In this document: positions 54,880 to 64,000 of the stretch, piece by piece
Layout: every line of letters starts with the position of its first letter
Numbering within the stretch: the stretch's first letter is position 1
Assembly: GCA_902629075.1 (NCBI GenBank)
Contig: CACOPK010000005.1
Span: 2,104-66,103, forward strand
Length of the DNA: 64,000 bases
Direction of reading: 5' to 3'
From: an uncultured Pelagibacteraceae bacterium
Lineage (GTDB): Bacteria; Pseudomonadota; Alphaproteobacteria; Pelagibacterales; Pelagibacteraceae
Made by a program: the position numbers and the translations under genes
Notes under the pieces: generated by a model
The model's database searches: none
Told to the model about the DNA's origin: nothing
What the model saw: only the letters and a program-made list of their open reading frames with translations

Positions 54880-57744
54880 TTAAGCAGCATCTTCTTTAAA
54901 CTCATCCATACTAGGACATGAACAAAATAAGTTTTTATCACCATAAACATTGTCAACTCTTGCAACAGGTGGCCAAAATTTATTTTCTTTTAGATATCCA
55001 GCAGGATAAGCGGCATCTTCTCTTGAGTATTTATGTTTCCATTCATTTGAAACTAATTCTACATCTGTATGTGGCGCATTTTTAATTGGATTATCAACTT
55101 TATCGTAATCCCCAGATTTTATTTTATCTATTTCTTTTTTAATTGTTATCAAGGCATCACAAAATCTATCTAATTCTCTTAGACTTTCACTTTCAGTTGG
55201 TTCTATCATCATAGTTCCAGCTACAGGCCATGACATTGTTGGAGCGTGAAATCCAAAATCAATTAGTCGTTTAGCTATATCTTCTTCTGTTATACCAGTA
55301 TCATTTTTTATTGGTCTAATATCGATTATACATTCATGTGCTACATTTCCGTTTTTACCTTTATATAAAATTGGAAAATAATCTTTAAGTCTGTGTGCCA
55401 CATAATTCGCATTAAGAATTGCATTCTCAGTTGCTATTCTTAAACCTTCTGATCCCATCATTTTTATATACATCCATGAAATTGCTAAAATACTCGCACT
55501 ACCCCATGGAGCGGCTGAAATAGATCCTATTCCTGATGCTGGTCCACAATCTTTAATAACTGGATGATTAGGAAGAAATGGCTCTAAATGTCTTTTACAA
55601 GCAATAGGTCCCATTCCTGGTCCGCCCCCACCATGAGGAATACAAAAAGTTTTATGCAAGTTAATATGACAAACATCTGGTCCAAAATTTCCAGGTCTTG
55701 CTACGCCAACAAGTGCATTTAGATTAGCTCCATCCATATAAACTTGGCCACCATTTTTATGAATTAAATCACAAATTTCAGTAATTTTTTCTTCAAATAC
55801 ACCGTGTGTTGAAGGGTAAGTGACCATTAATGCAGCTAAATTTTCAGAATATTTTTCAGCTTTATTTTTTAAATCTTCGATATCAACATTGCCCTCTTTA
55901 TCACAATTAACCACTACAACTTTCATGCCTACCATTTGTGCGCTTGCAGGGTTTGTACCATGAGCAGAACTCGGTATTAAACAAACATTTCTGCTATTGT
56001 TGCCATTCTCTAAATGAAATTTTCTAATGACCATTAATCCTGCATACTCACCTTGTGCACCTGCATTGGGTTGTAATGATACACCAGAAAAGCCTGTAAT
56101 AGATCTCAGCCAATTCTTCATATCAGTAAATAAATTTCTATACCCATTCATTTGCTCTACTGGGGTAAAAGGATGTGGTTCTGAAAATTCTCTCCATGAT
56201 ACTGGTATCATTTCTGCGACAGCATTTAATTTCATCGTACAAGAGCCCAAAGCAATCATAGATCTATTCAATGCAATATCTTTATCCTCTAACTTTTTTA
56301 AATATCTAAGCATTTCTGTTTCCGAGTGGTAATTATTAAATACTGGATGATCTAAATAGCTCGATGATCTAAGTAATTTTTTTGGTAAGTTTGGCAAGCT
56401 TTCAGTTGGATTTTCTTTAATAGACTCTGCAGAATTAAATATTTTTAATAGCTGGTTAGCTCTGTAAACATTTTTTTTCTGGTCAAATGATATTGCCAGC
56501 ATATCTGAATTTACTTTTCTTATGTTTACCTTTTGATCTAATGCATTTTGAAAAATTTTATCAGTTTTATCGCCTGTTTTTATAGTTACTGTATCAAAAA
56601 AACTTTCAGAATATAATTCATAGCCAGACTGTTTTAACTTATTGGCAAAATTATTCGCTAATTGTGAAACTCTTTCTGCAATATTTTTGATACCTTCGGG
56701 TCCATGATAAATTGCATAGGCCGCCGCAACTATCGCCAGAAGTGCTTGGGCTGTACATATATTGCTTGTCGCCTTATCTCTTCTTATATGCTGTTCTCTA
56801 GTTTGTAATGCTAACCTGAAAGCTTTATTTCCATGTCTATCAACAGATACACCAACTATTCTTCCAGGCATAGATCTTTTGTATTCGTCTCTTGTAGCAA
56901 AAAATGCTGCATGAGGACCTCCATACCCCATTGGAATACCAAATCTCTGTGAACTACCAACTGCAATATCCGCTCCAAGTTCAGCGGGTGTTTTGATTAA
57001 TGCTAAAGATAAAAGATCACAAATCAAAATAGCTTTTCCATTTTTTTTATGAACTTTACTGATCATCTCGCTTGGATCTTTTAATTCACCTAGACTTCCT
57101 GGATACTGAATTATTCCACAGACTATATCTCCTGCAATATTTTCCAAATCTTTTTCATTCTTTCCTGTTATTATTTTTAAACCTAAAGGTTCAGCTCTTG
57201 TTTTAACGACATCAATAGTTTGTGGATGACAATTTTCTGATAAAAATACTATTTTACTATCTTTTTTATTTAATCTATGACTCATACCCATCGCTTCAGC
57301 AGCAGCTGTTCCTTCATCCAAAAGTGATGCATTAGCTATGTCCATACCAGTAAAATCAATGATCATTTGTTGAAAATTCAATAACATTTCCAATCTACCT
57401 TGAGCCACCTCTGGTTGATATGGTGTATAAGATGTATACCAGCCTGGATTTTCTAAAATATTTCTTAAGATTACATTAGGTATATAGGTTCCGTAATAAC
57501 CCATTCCCATAAAGTTTGAATAAATTTTATTTTGTTTAGATATGTTTTTAAGTTTTCTAAGCGCTTCATACTCCGAATTTGGATCACCGATTGTTAAAGG
57601 CTCTTTAAAATGAATATTTCCAGGAACAGTATTTGATATTAGATCTTTAATATTCTTATATCCAAGCTGATCAAGCATTTTCTGTTGCTCTTGATCAGAA
57701 TTTCCTATGTGTCTTCTAAAAAAACTTCTATTATTTTCCAACAT
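54880..57744 (-). CDS. gcvP: Glycine dehydrogenase (decarboxylating), P protein
   Basis: YTPYQPE, NASLLDE, TREQHIRRDKATSNICT, PLP site NLHKTF. Confidence 0.98.
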   Translation of the reverse strand: MLENNRSFFRRHIGNSDQEQQKMLDQLGYKNIKDLISNTVPGNIHFKEPLTIGDPNSEYEALRKLKNISKQNKIYSNFMGMGYYGTYIPNVILRNILENPGWYTSYTPYQPEVAQGRLEMLLNFQQMIIDFTGMDIANASLLDEGTAAAEAMGMSHRLNKKDSKIVFLSENCHPQTIDVVKTRAEPLGLKIITGKNEKDLENIAGDIVCGIIQYPGSLGELKDPSEMISKVHKKNGKAILICDLLSLALIKTPAELGADIAVGSSQRFGIPMGYGGPHAAFFATRDEYKRSMPGRIVGVSVDRHGNKAFRLALQTREQHIRRDKATSNICTAQALLAIVAAAYAIYHGPEGIKNIAERVSQLANNFANKLKQSGYELYSESFFDTVTIKTGDKTDKIFQNALDQKVNIRKVNSDMLAISFDQKKNVYRANQLLKIFNSAESIKENPTESLPNLPKKLLRSSSYLDHPVFNNYHSETEMLRYLKKLEDKDIALNRSMIALGSCTMKLNAVAEMIPVSWREFSEPHPFTPVEQMNGYRNLFTDMKNWLRSITGFSGVSLQPNAGAQGEYAGLMVIRKFHLENGNNSRNVCLIPSSAHGTNPASAQMVGMKVVVVNCDKEGNVDIEDLKNKAEKYSENLAALMVTYPSTHGVFEEKITEICDLIHKNGGQVYMDGANLNALVGVARPGNFGPDVCHINLHKTFCIPHGGGGPGMGPIACKRHLEPFLPNHPVIKDCGPASGIGSISAAPWGSASILAISWMYIKMMGSEGLRIATENAILNANYVAHRLKDYFPILYKGKNGNVAHECIIDIRPIKNDTGITEEDIAKRLIDFGFHAPTMSWPVAGTMMIEPTESESLRELDRFCDALITIKKEIDKIKSGDYDKVDNPIKNAPHTDVELVSNEWKHKYSREDAAYPAGYLKENKFWPPVARVDNVYGDKNLFCSCPSMDEFKEDAA

Positions 57745-58124
57745 TACTGACTACTTTCTTTCGCAAACTTATCATATTCATCTTTATTCATTAAAGTATC
57801 TAGCTCTTTAATATCTTTAATTTTTAATTTAAAAAACCATGCTTCTCCTTCAGGATCAGCATTTATCTTAGAGGGATCCTCTACTATTGCTTGATTAGCA
57901 TCAATTACTTCGCCACTTATCGGAGTATAAACATCGCTTGCAGCTTTTGTTGACTCTACAACTCCAGCTGTACCATCTTTCTCTACAATCGAACCTTTTT
58001 CTGGTAACTCAGCAAAGACGATATCGCCTAACATCTCTGTTGCATGTTTTGTAATTCCTATAGTAGCTATATCTCCATCAAGCTTTAACCATTCGTGCTC
58101 TTTTGAATATTTTACATCAGACAT
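57744..58124 (-). CDS. gcvH: Glycine cleavage system H protein
   Basis: HEW, LGDIVF, lipoyl motif VESTKAASD. Confidence 0.98.
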   Translation of the reverse strand: MSDVKYSKEHEWLKLDGDIATIGITKHATEMLGDIVFAELPEKGSIVEKDGTAGVVESTKAASDVYTPISGEVIDANQAIVEDPSKINADPEGEAWFFKLKIKDIKELDTLMNKDEYDKFAKESSQ

Positions 58125-59220
58125 TTAATTCTCCTTTGGCATAGTTTTTTTTGTAAAATGGTAAATTACATACATTTGCAGGTATTTTTTTTCCTCTTAC
58201 CTCTAAAAATAATCTTGTATTTAAATTTGAATACTGTTTGTGAACATAGCCCATCGCTATTGAATGATCAACACTTGGACCAAAAGTACCACTCGTAATT
58301 TTTCCAATTTCTTTATCATCATTGCTAAAAATTTTTGTATTTCCTCTAGCTATAACTCTATTCTCTGGCTTTATTCCTACTCTAATTTTTTCTACACCTG
58401 ATTGGATTTGTTTTTTAATAATTTCTGATCCAGGATAGTCTGTATCAATTCTATTTTTGGAAATCGCCCATTTGAGATTTGCTTCTATAGGAGTAGTGTT
58501 CTTATCAATATCATTGCCATAAAGACACAATCCTGCTTCCATTCTAAGAGTATCTCTAGCGCCTAATCCAATCATTTTAGATCCATTACTAAGCATTTCC
58601 TCAACAAATTTTTCTGCATAATTATTTTTAATAGAAATTTCGAAACCATCTTCACCCGTATACCCAGATCTTGTAATAAATATAGTAATATCTGAAAATT
58701 TAAAATTTCCTCCGTTCATAAATTTTAATTTACTTACTCCTTCTACTTTTCTTTCTAAAATATTTTTCGCCTCTGGTCCTTGTAGAGCAATTAATGAAAG
58801 GTCTTCCTTTAATTGTAAATCATATTTATTATTTAATTTTTTCTTAATTATTCTTAAGTCATCCTCTTTACATGCAGCATTAAGTATTATTAAATAACCT
58901 TCTGAAATTTTAGTTATTATTAAATCATCGTAAATACATGCATTCTCATCCATTAGAAAAGAATATTTGCTTTGATTTAGATTTAATTTTTTTAAGTCTA
59001 TTGGGAAAATATTTTCAAGATCTTTGGTTAGATTTTCTTTGCCGTAAATAAAAAGTTGCCCCATGTGAGATACGTCAAAAATTCCACAATTAGATCTCGT
59101 AAATTTGTGTTCTTGGATAATTCCATCTTTATACTGAATCGGCATTTCATAGCCAGCAAACTCTACAAGTTTAGCGTTATGTTTTTTATGAAGATTATAT
59201 AAAGATGTTTTTTTTTTCAT
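58117..59220 (-). CDS. gcvT: Glycine cleavage system aminomethyltransferase T
   Basis: [30 protein letters not shown]; T-H-P order. Confidence 0.97.
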   Translation of the reverse strand: MKKKTSLYNLHKKHNAKLVEFAGYEMPIQYKDGIIQEHKFTRSNCGIFDVSHMGQLFIYGKENLTKDLENIFPIDLKKLNLNQSKYSFLMDENACIYDDLIITKISEGYLIILNAACKEDDLRIIKKKLNNKYDLQLKEDLSLIALQGPEAKNILERKVEGVSKLKFMNGGNFKFSDITIFITRSGYTGEDGFEISIKNNYAEKFVEEMLSNGSKMIGLGARDTLRMEAGLCLYGNDIDKNTTPIEANLKWAISKNRIDTDYPGSEIIKKQIQSGVEKIRVGIKPENRVIARGNTKIFSNDDKEIGKITSGTFGPSVDHSIAMGYVHKQYSNLNTRLFLEVRGKKIPANVCNLPFYKKNYAKGELNV

Positions 59221-59237
59221 ATTAACTCTTTCGCCCC

Positions 59238-59298
59238 CTCTGTCTATTGGCCTGAGAGTTTTGCTCCTTCGGCAAGAACTTTGGTTCTTTTTCCAGAG
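59238..59298 (-). ncRNA. Glycine riboswitch aptamer 2
   Basis: CUCUGGAAA..GCCGAAGGAGCAAAACUCUCAGG..GACAGAG. Confidence 0.93.
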
Positions 59299-59307
59299 TT
59301 AATATGC

Positions 59308-59377
59308 GCGGTCCTTTTGCCTGAGAGATTCCGGGGTGGTTGCTCCTTCGGCTCTACATTGAAGTAGTCTCTTCCGC
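59308..59377 (-). ncRNA. Glycine riboswitch aptamer 1
   Basis: GCGGAAGAGAC..GCCGAAGGAGCAA..AAUCUCUCAGGCAAAAGGACCGC. Confidence 0.93.
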
Positions 59378-59383
59378 AGGCTT

Positions 59384-59392
59384 AATATAGCA
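59384..59392 (-). promoter_or_regulatory. Putative extended -10 promoter of the gcv leader
   Basis: TG-C-TATATT placed so that a typical start site would fall at the first G of aptamer 1 P1 (~59377). Confidence 0.45.
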
Positions 59393-59400
59393 TAAATTTA

Positions 59401-60273
59401 TTAATTTACTTCTTTTTTTATAAAAAATTTGCTTCCAAATTGAAGCAGAACAGCAAATAAAACAATTGATCCACCAATCAGGACAATCAAAGGTGGCTGC
59501 TCATTTATAAATATCCAGGCCCAAAGAGGTCCAAAAATTGCCTCTGACATCATAATGATTCCTACTACGGCAGAGGGAGTTGTTCTTGCACCAATAGTTA
59601 TAAAAATAAAACCAAAACCTACTTGAAAAAAACCTGCTAAAAAACCTAAAAATATATCATGCAAAGAGATATCTACTCTTCCAGCTACCACATATCCTAT
59701 AATCATAGCAACAACTCCGGCTATGAGTTGTAGAGGTATCATGTCTACACTAGGATATTTTCTAACAATAATAATAAGTACAGCAAAAGAGATTGGCATT
59801 ATAAATGCAATAACATTTCCCATCATTTGTCCTGAGGTCAAAGAATCTCCTAACATAAGTATGATTCCAGAAATAGCTAATATTATTGAAACTAAAGTAA
59901 TTTTAGAAATAATTTCTTTGAGAAAAAGATATCCAAAAATAGCAAGAAATAAAGTTTGTGTTTGAATAATAAAATTAGCATTCGCAACAGTTGTGTTATA
60001 CATGGCAAATACATAACTAAAAAAACCACAGCCTAAAATAATACCTCCTATAAGTCCTGGAAGACCAGAATTTATAAAAGCTTTAAAAAACTGTCTTTTA
60101 TATGTGATTGATAAAAAAATAATAATAACAAAGCAAAAAAATACAGATCTCCAGAATAGGATCTGCCATAAATTTGCACCTTCAAATGATTTTACGATCA
60201 ATCCACCAAAACTTAAAGTAATTGCTCCTAAAAAAACAAGGATAAATCCAGGTACCTTAAATAATATATTCAT
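59401..60273 (-). CDS. DMT/EamA family transporter
   Basis: About 10 TM segments, EAIFGPLWAW..E.P; start overlaps the pxpC stop. Confidence 0.87.
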   Translation of the reverse strand: MNILFKVPGFILVFLGAITLSFGGLIVKSFEGANLWQILFWRSVFFCFVIIIFLSITYKRQFFKAFINSGLPGLIGGIILGCGFFSYVFAMYNTTVANANFIIQTQTLFLAIFGYLFLKEIISKITLVSIILAISGIILMLGDSLTSGQMMGNVIAFIMPISFAVLIIIVRKYPSVDMIPLQLIAGVVAMIIGYVVAGRVDISLHDIFLGFLAGFFQVGFGFIFITIGARTTPSAVVGIIMMSEAIFGPLWAWIFINEQPPLIVLIGGSIVLFAVLLQFGSKFFIKKEVN

Positions 60274-61235
60274 TAGATCTGATTAATTAAATTATCAGTC
60301 TCAAGTTTATAAAATTTAAATAATTTTTCAGCTTCCTCTAAACTTACTTGTTTAAATTTTATAATTGAACCCGGCATCATTTGAACAAGTTTATCGAAAT
60401 CTGCACTTATTATATTTGCAATTTTTGGGTAACCACCTATTGTACCATGATCAGAGAGCATAATTATTGGATTGCCATCACTTGGAACTTGGATTACTCC
60501 TTTTACTAGACCTTCAGATTTAATATTTGAATTAACAACATTTTCTAAAACTTGACCCTCTAATCTCATACCCATCCTGTCAGATAATTTTGTAACTTTG
60601 AACTCTTTATTAAAAAAAATATTTTTTGATTTTTCTGAAAAAAAATCAAAGTTTATTGATTTTAAAACTCTTATATACTCAATTTTAGAATTTACATAAT
60701 TTAAATTAGTTATTGTTAATTTTTTTTTTTTATGGTCGATATCAATTTTTTGATTATTAGATAGTTTTTCCCCATTATTTGAGCCAATTTTTGCTTTTGT
60801 ATTTATGGAGTAACTGCCCCAGGTTTTATCCAGAATAAAATCTTCACTGATTGAAATATAACCATAAACTGATTTGTTTGTAGATTGTATATCAATTTGA
60901 TCATTATTTTGGATAAGATATACATGGTAAGGTTCCCCATTTATCTGTTTTTTGTTTTCTCTAAAAATTTGAAATTTAACATCGCCTGTAATGACTATAA
61001 ATATTTCCTCACCTTGATATTTTAATAATGGACCTTGATAAGCAAACTCAATAACAGGTGAATTTAAATTTTTTTTTAATAATGCATTTGCAATTTTATA
61101 GTTTCTTTTATCCATCGCTCCGCTTACTGGAATGCCAATATGATTAAGATTTTTTCTTCCATCATCTTGAAACGTTGTATTTATCCCTGCTCTCTCAACT
61201 TCGAAATAATTATTTTTTGATTTTATCATATTCAT
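60273..61235 (-). CDS. pxpC: 5-oxoprolinase subunit C (KipA/AHS2 family)
   Basis: TTFQD.GR, GIPVSGAMD, SDRMGMRL, GVIQVP.DG.PII, TIGGYP. Confidence 0.9.
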   Translation of the reverse strand: MNMIKSKNNYFEVERAGINTTFQDDGRKNLNHIGIPVSGAMDKRNYKIANALLKKNLNSPVIEFAYQGPLLKYQGEEIFIVITGDVKFQIFRENKKQINGEPYHVYLIQNNDQIDIQSTNKSVYGYISISEDFILDKTWGSYSINTKAKIGSNNGEKLSNNQKIDIDHKKKKLTITNLNYVNSKIEYIRVLKSINFDFFSEKSKNIFFNKEFKVTKLSDRMGMRLEGQVLENVVNSNIKSEGLVKGVIQVPSDGNPIIMLSDHGTIGGYPKIANIISADFDKLVQMMPGSIIKFKQVSLEEAEKLFKFYKLETDNLINQI

Positions 61236-61884
61236 CTTGTGATATTTGTTTAAATTTAACTGTATCTCCAGGATTAATTAAAGCAGGATTTTTTTGATTA
61301 TTTTTATTAAAAATGTCTAAAGGGGTGTTGCCAATAATATTCCATCCACCTGGACTTTCATAGGTATAAATATTGCAAAACTGCTCTGTTAATCCTATAG
61401 ATCCTTTTGGAACCTTTACTCTGGGTGTCTCTAATCTTTTTGCCCTAAGTTTCTCACTTACATCACCTAAAAAAGGCATGCCTGCAATAAAACCAGTCAT
61501 GTAACAAAAATATTCTTTACTAAAAAAAATTTCTAATATTTTATCGTATTTTATCTTAAGAATTTTTTCTAACCGATTGTGATCTAGTGTGAAATTTTTT
61601 TGGTTACATATTGGTATTTCAATTAATTTTTTTTTATATTCATTTTCCTTTTTGATTTCTAAATTCTCAATTATTTTTTTTACTTGAAAAAAATTTGTAA
61701 CATTTAAATCAAAAGATATAATTAGCTTATTATATGAAGGTGTAATATTTGTAATTCCTTCAATTTTTTTATTCTTTAGATTATTAAAGTAGCTTATTAC
61801 ATTACTATTAATTTCTTTATTAACGTCTTTACCAAAGTCACAATATACTGACGCATCTCCAAGATTTAATATATTTTTAATCAT
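61210..61884 (-). CDS. pxpB: 5-oxoprolinase subunit B (KipI/AHS1 family)
   Basis: PSYN, GFIAGMPFL, PRVKVPKGS, SPGGW.IIG.TP. Confidence 0.9.
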   Translation of the reverse strand: MIKNILNLGDASVYCDFGKDVNKEINSNVISYFNNLKNKKIEGITNITPSYNKLIISFDLNVTNFFQVKKIIENLEIKKENEYKKKLIEIPICNQKNFTLDHNRLEKILKIKYDKILEIFFSKEYFCYMTGFIAGMPFLGDVSEKLRAKRLETPRVKVPKGSIGLTEQFCNIYTYESPGGWNIIGNTPLDIFNKNNQKNPALINPGDTVKFKQISQDEYDKIKK

Positions 61885-61888
61885 CCTA

Positions 61889-61897
61889 TGTTATAAT
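61889..61897 (+). promoter_or_regulatory. Extended -10 promoter element (TGnTATAAT) for pxpA
   Basis: Perfect TG-T-TATAAT in the 28-bp divergent gap, 15 nt before the ATG. Confidence 0.55.
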
Positions 61898-61912
61898 GAA
61901 TTTTTAAAAGCT

Positions 61913-62686
61913 ATGGAAATTAATATCAACTGTGATTTAGGAGAAAAATCAAAGCTCCATAATAACGAAAATGATCCCTTTCTTTTAGGTATTGTCAACT
62001 CTGCTAGTATAGCTTGTGGGTATCATGCTGGTGATGAGGAAACTATGGATCAGGTTGTAAAAATATCAAAAGAAAATAATGTTAGTATAGGAGCGCATCC
62101 ATCATTTAATGATCCAGAAAACTTTGGTAGAAAAAGAATGAATTTATCTTCTTCAGAAATAAGAAAATTAATAATTGATCAATATGAAATACTTCAAAGA
62201 ATTGCATTTAACCATAATGAAAATGTTACTCACGTCAAACCACATGGAGCTTTAAATAATATGGCATGTGAAGATATAGAATTAGCAACTACTATTGCCA
62301 AGGCTGTTCATGATATAGACAAAAGTATGATTTATCTTGTACCAACTGGATCTAAAATGGAAATAGCAGCAAAGAAGTTAAATATGAGAATAGCTTGCGA
62401 AATTTTTGCTGATAGAAATTATGAAGATGATGGAAATCTTGTCTCAAGATCAAAAAAAAACGCGTTAATTATTGATCCAGAAATAGCAAAAAAGCATGTT
62501 TTAAGTATGGTGAAAAACCAAGCGATAAATTGTCTCTCTGGAAAGCAGATACCTTGCGAAATTGACTCAGTATGCATACATGGGGATAATAAAAGTTCAT
62601 TAGATACTGCAAAATCTATTAAATTAAATTTGGAGCAAAATGGACTAATGTTAAAACCTTTAAATAAAATGGAGAAGTTTAAATAA
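61913..62686 (+). CDS. pxpA: 5-oxoprolinase subunit A (LamB/YcsF family)
   Basis: NCDLGE, ACGYHAGD, GAHPS..D.E.FGR, HVKPHGAL, FADR.Y, CIHGD. Confidence 0.93.
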   Translation: MEININCDLGEKSKLHNNENDPFLLGIVNSASIACGYHAGDEETMDQVVKISKENNVSIGAHPSFNDPENFGRKRMNLSSSEIRKLIIDQYEILQRIAFNHNENVTHVKPHGALNNMACEDIELATTIAKAVHDIDKSMIYLVPTGSKMEIAAKKLNMRIACEIFADRNYEDDGNLVSRSKKNALIIDPEIAKKHVLSMVKNQAINCLSGKQIPCEIDSVCIHGDNKSSLDTAKSIKLNLEQNGLMLKPLNKMEKFK

Positions 62687-62688
62687 TT

Positions 62689-63174
62689 ATGAAAAATATA
62701 TTAACTACGATTTTACTTGTTTTCATACTTTCTCAACCATCATTCTCAGCAGGTTCAAGTGGTGATGGAGGAGATTCTACAACTGATTATGAAAAAGCTG
62801 TTAAATTGATAAAACAAGCAAAGAAATATGAAACAAAAGGTAAAACTGCAAAAGCTGAAAAGAGATACGAAAAAGCACAAAAGTATTTAATCAAGTCTAA
62901 TAAAAAATTTCCAAATAACGCTGATACACTAAATTACTTAGGTTTCACAACAAGAAAGCTTGGAGATTTTGAGAGCGGCGAAAAGTTTTACTTAGAGGGT
63001 CTAGCAATTAAACCAAACCATATTGGTATTAACGAATATTTAGGCGAATTGTATGTTGCCACAAATAGAATTGATTTAGCCAAAGAAAGACTGAGTATAT
63101 TATCAGGTTGCAATTGTGAAGAGTACCAACAACTAAAAGAAGTTATTGAAGGAACTAAAAAATCTAAGTATTAA
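62689..63174 (+). CDS. Exported TPR-repeat protein
   Basis: Signal-peptide-like N-terminus; NADTLNYLGF..RKLG..Y..GL..P.H.G.NEYLGELY. Confidence 0.8.
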   Translation: MKNILTTILLVFILSQPSFSAGSSGDGGDSTTDYEKAVKLIKQAKKYETKGKTAKAEKRYEKAQKYLIKSNKKFPNNADTLNYLGFTTRKLGDFESGEKFYLEGLAIKPNHIGINEYLGELYVATNRIDLAKERLSILSGCNCEEYQQLKEVIEGTKKSKY

Positions 63175-63183
63175 TAAAGAACT

Positions 63184-63795
63184 TTGGTTGAAGAACTTGT
63201 AATAATAATACAAATTATATTTATTGATATAATTTTAGCTGCAGATAATGCAATAATAATTGGATTAATTGCAGCTAACTTTGTCCCAAAAAACAGAAGG
63301 CAAATAATACTGTGGGGAGTTGGTGGGGCCTTAATCTTTAAAATTATATTTGCTTTATTCGCTACCTACCTATTTAAATTCTATTTTATCAAGATTTTAG
63401 GTGGATTGCTTTTAATATGGATCGTTAATGATCTTAGAAAAGATCTTTTTGAAATTAAAAAAGTTAAGTCACCAACTAAAACATCAAAAGAACCATCTTA
63501 TATACAAAGTGTTTATAAAGTTCTTTTTGCAGATATAACAATTAGTTTTGATAATGTAATTGGTGTTGTTGGTGCTGCAAAAGGTAATTTTGAATTTATG
63601 ATATTTGGCCTTGTTTTGTCTGTAATTTTAACCGGAGCACTTGCAACCGTTCTTGCAAATTATATTCAAAAGCATTTGTGGATTGCTTATGTAGGTTTAG
63701 GCTTCATTTTAATTGTAGCATTACAACTAGTAATTGGTGGATTGGCTGATTTAGAAATATTAAAAATAAATGAACAATTTTTAAAATATTTTTAA
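63184..63795 (+). CDS. TerC/YjbE family membrane protein
   Basis: DIILAADNA, GGLLL.W, ADITISFDNV. Confidence 0.87.
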   Translation: MVEELVIIIQIIFIDIILAADNAIIIGLIAANFVPKNRRQIILWGVGGALIFKIIFALFATYLFKFYFIKILGGLLLIWIVNDLRKDLFEIKKVKSPTKTSKEPSYIQSVYKVLFADITISFDNVIGVVGAAKGNFEFMIFGLVLSVILTGALATVLANYIQKHLWIAYVGLGFILIVALQLVIGGLADLEILKINEQFLKYF

Positions 63796-64000
63796 TAGGA
63801 ATATTTTTTTGTAGGGTATTTGCCTGTTTTTACCTCATGTTTAAACTTTATTACTGCAGTATTTATTAATTTTTTAATATCTATATATTTTTTTACAAAC
63901 TTAATTTTAGCATTTGTTAATCCTAAAATATCATCTGTAACTAAAACTTGACCATCACAATGAATTGAGGCACCTATACCTATTGTGGGAATTTTTACCA
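63792..64000 (-). CDS. panB: 3-methyl-2-oxobutanoate hydroxymethyltransferase, 3' end only
   Basis: Read manually: VKIPTIGIGASIHCDGQVLVTDDILGL..KFVKKY..YP..SY*. Confidence 0.9.
   Translation of the reverse strand, partial: VKIPTIGIGASIHCDGQVLVTDDILGLTNAKIKFVKKYIDIKKLINTAVIKFKHEVKTGKYPTKKYSY

Noticed and set aside
2319-60286. Numerous 60-150 aa antisense or alternate-frame ORFs in the track (e.g. 9391-9840, 14583-15035, 45944-46342, 50348-50755, 56027-56332)
   Set aside because: They lie within well-supported genes and have the F/L/I/S-rich composition expected of shadow ORFs in AT-rich coding DNA, with no motifs or RBS.
60273-62686. pxpBC/pxpA as urea amidolyase consuming creatinase-derived urea
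   Set aside because: No biotin carboxylase/carrier or amidase domains; the LamB + KipI + KipA trio fits 5-oxoprolinase.
1-64000. tRNA, rRNA, integrase, transposase, prophage or defence system
   Set aside because: None recognised; nearly all sequence is explained by the CDSs and riboswitch leaders listed. A tRNAscan-SE/Infernal run would be needed to exclude very short RNAs formally.

Overview
Very AT-rich, gene-dense bacterial chromosome segment with tiny or overlapping intergenic spaces. Gene content and order, plus a tandem SAM-II/SAM-V riboswitch before bhmT and a tandem glycine riboswitch before gcvT, point to a streamlined marine alphaproteobacterium of the Pelagibacterales (SAR11); this placement is inferred. 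The first ~33 kb is core housekeeping: mrcA, rne, thiGS, aroQ-accBC, aspS, hdaA, purMN, ndk, pepA, lptFGD-surA-pdxA-rsmA, gmk, acpP-fabG-fabD, rpsF-rpsR-rplI-dnaB, an MMPL exporter, cvpA-purF. The rest (33-64 kb) is dominated by methylated-amine, glycine, C1 and thiol metabolism: bhmT, gshAB, creatinase plus a glycine-amidinotransferase-like enzyme, a metal-independent NAD formate dehydrogenase, gcvTHP and pxpABC. It also holds a cfa/DUF1365/flavoprotein lipid-modification cluster resembling the furan fatty acid (ufa) pathway. The best candidates for undescribed biology are: (1) a DMT-creatinase-amidinotransferase operon ending in a 19-aa membrane microprotein missed by the ORF track; (2) the ufa-like cluster directly behind glycine-riboswitch-controlled gcvTHP; (3) an orphan, Cys-poor NrdJ C-terminal domain protein; (4) RNase E lacking its Zn-link; (5) riboswitch expression platforms readable from the sequence. 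I recognised no tRNA, rRNA, CRISPR array, transposase, integrase or phage gene. All family assignments come from motif recognition, not database searches.
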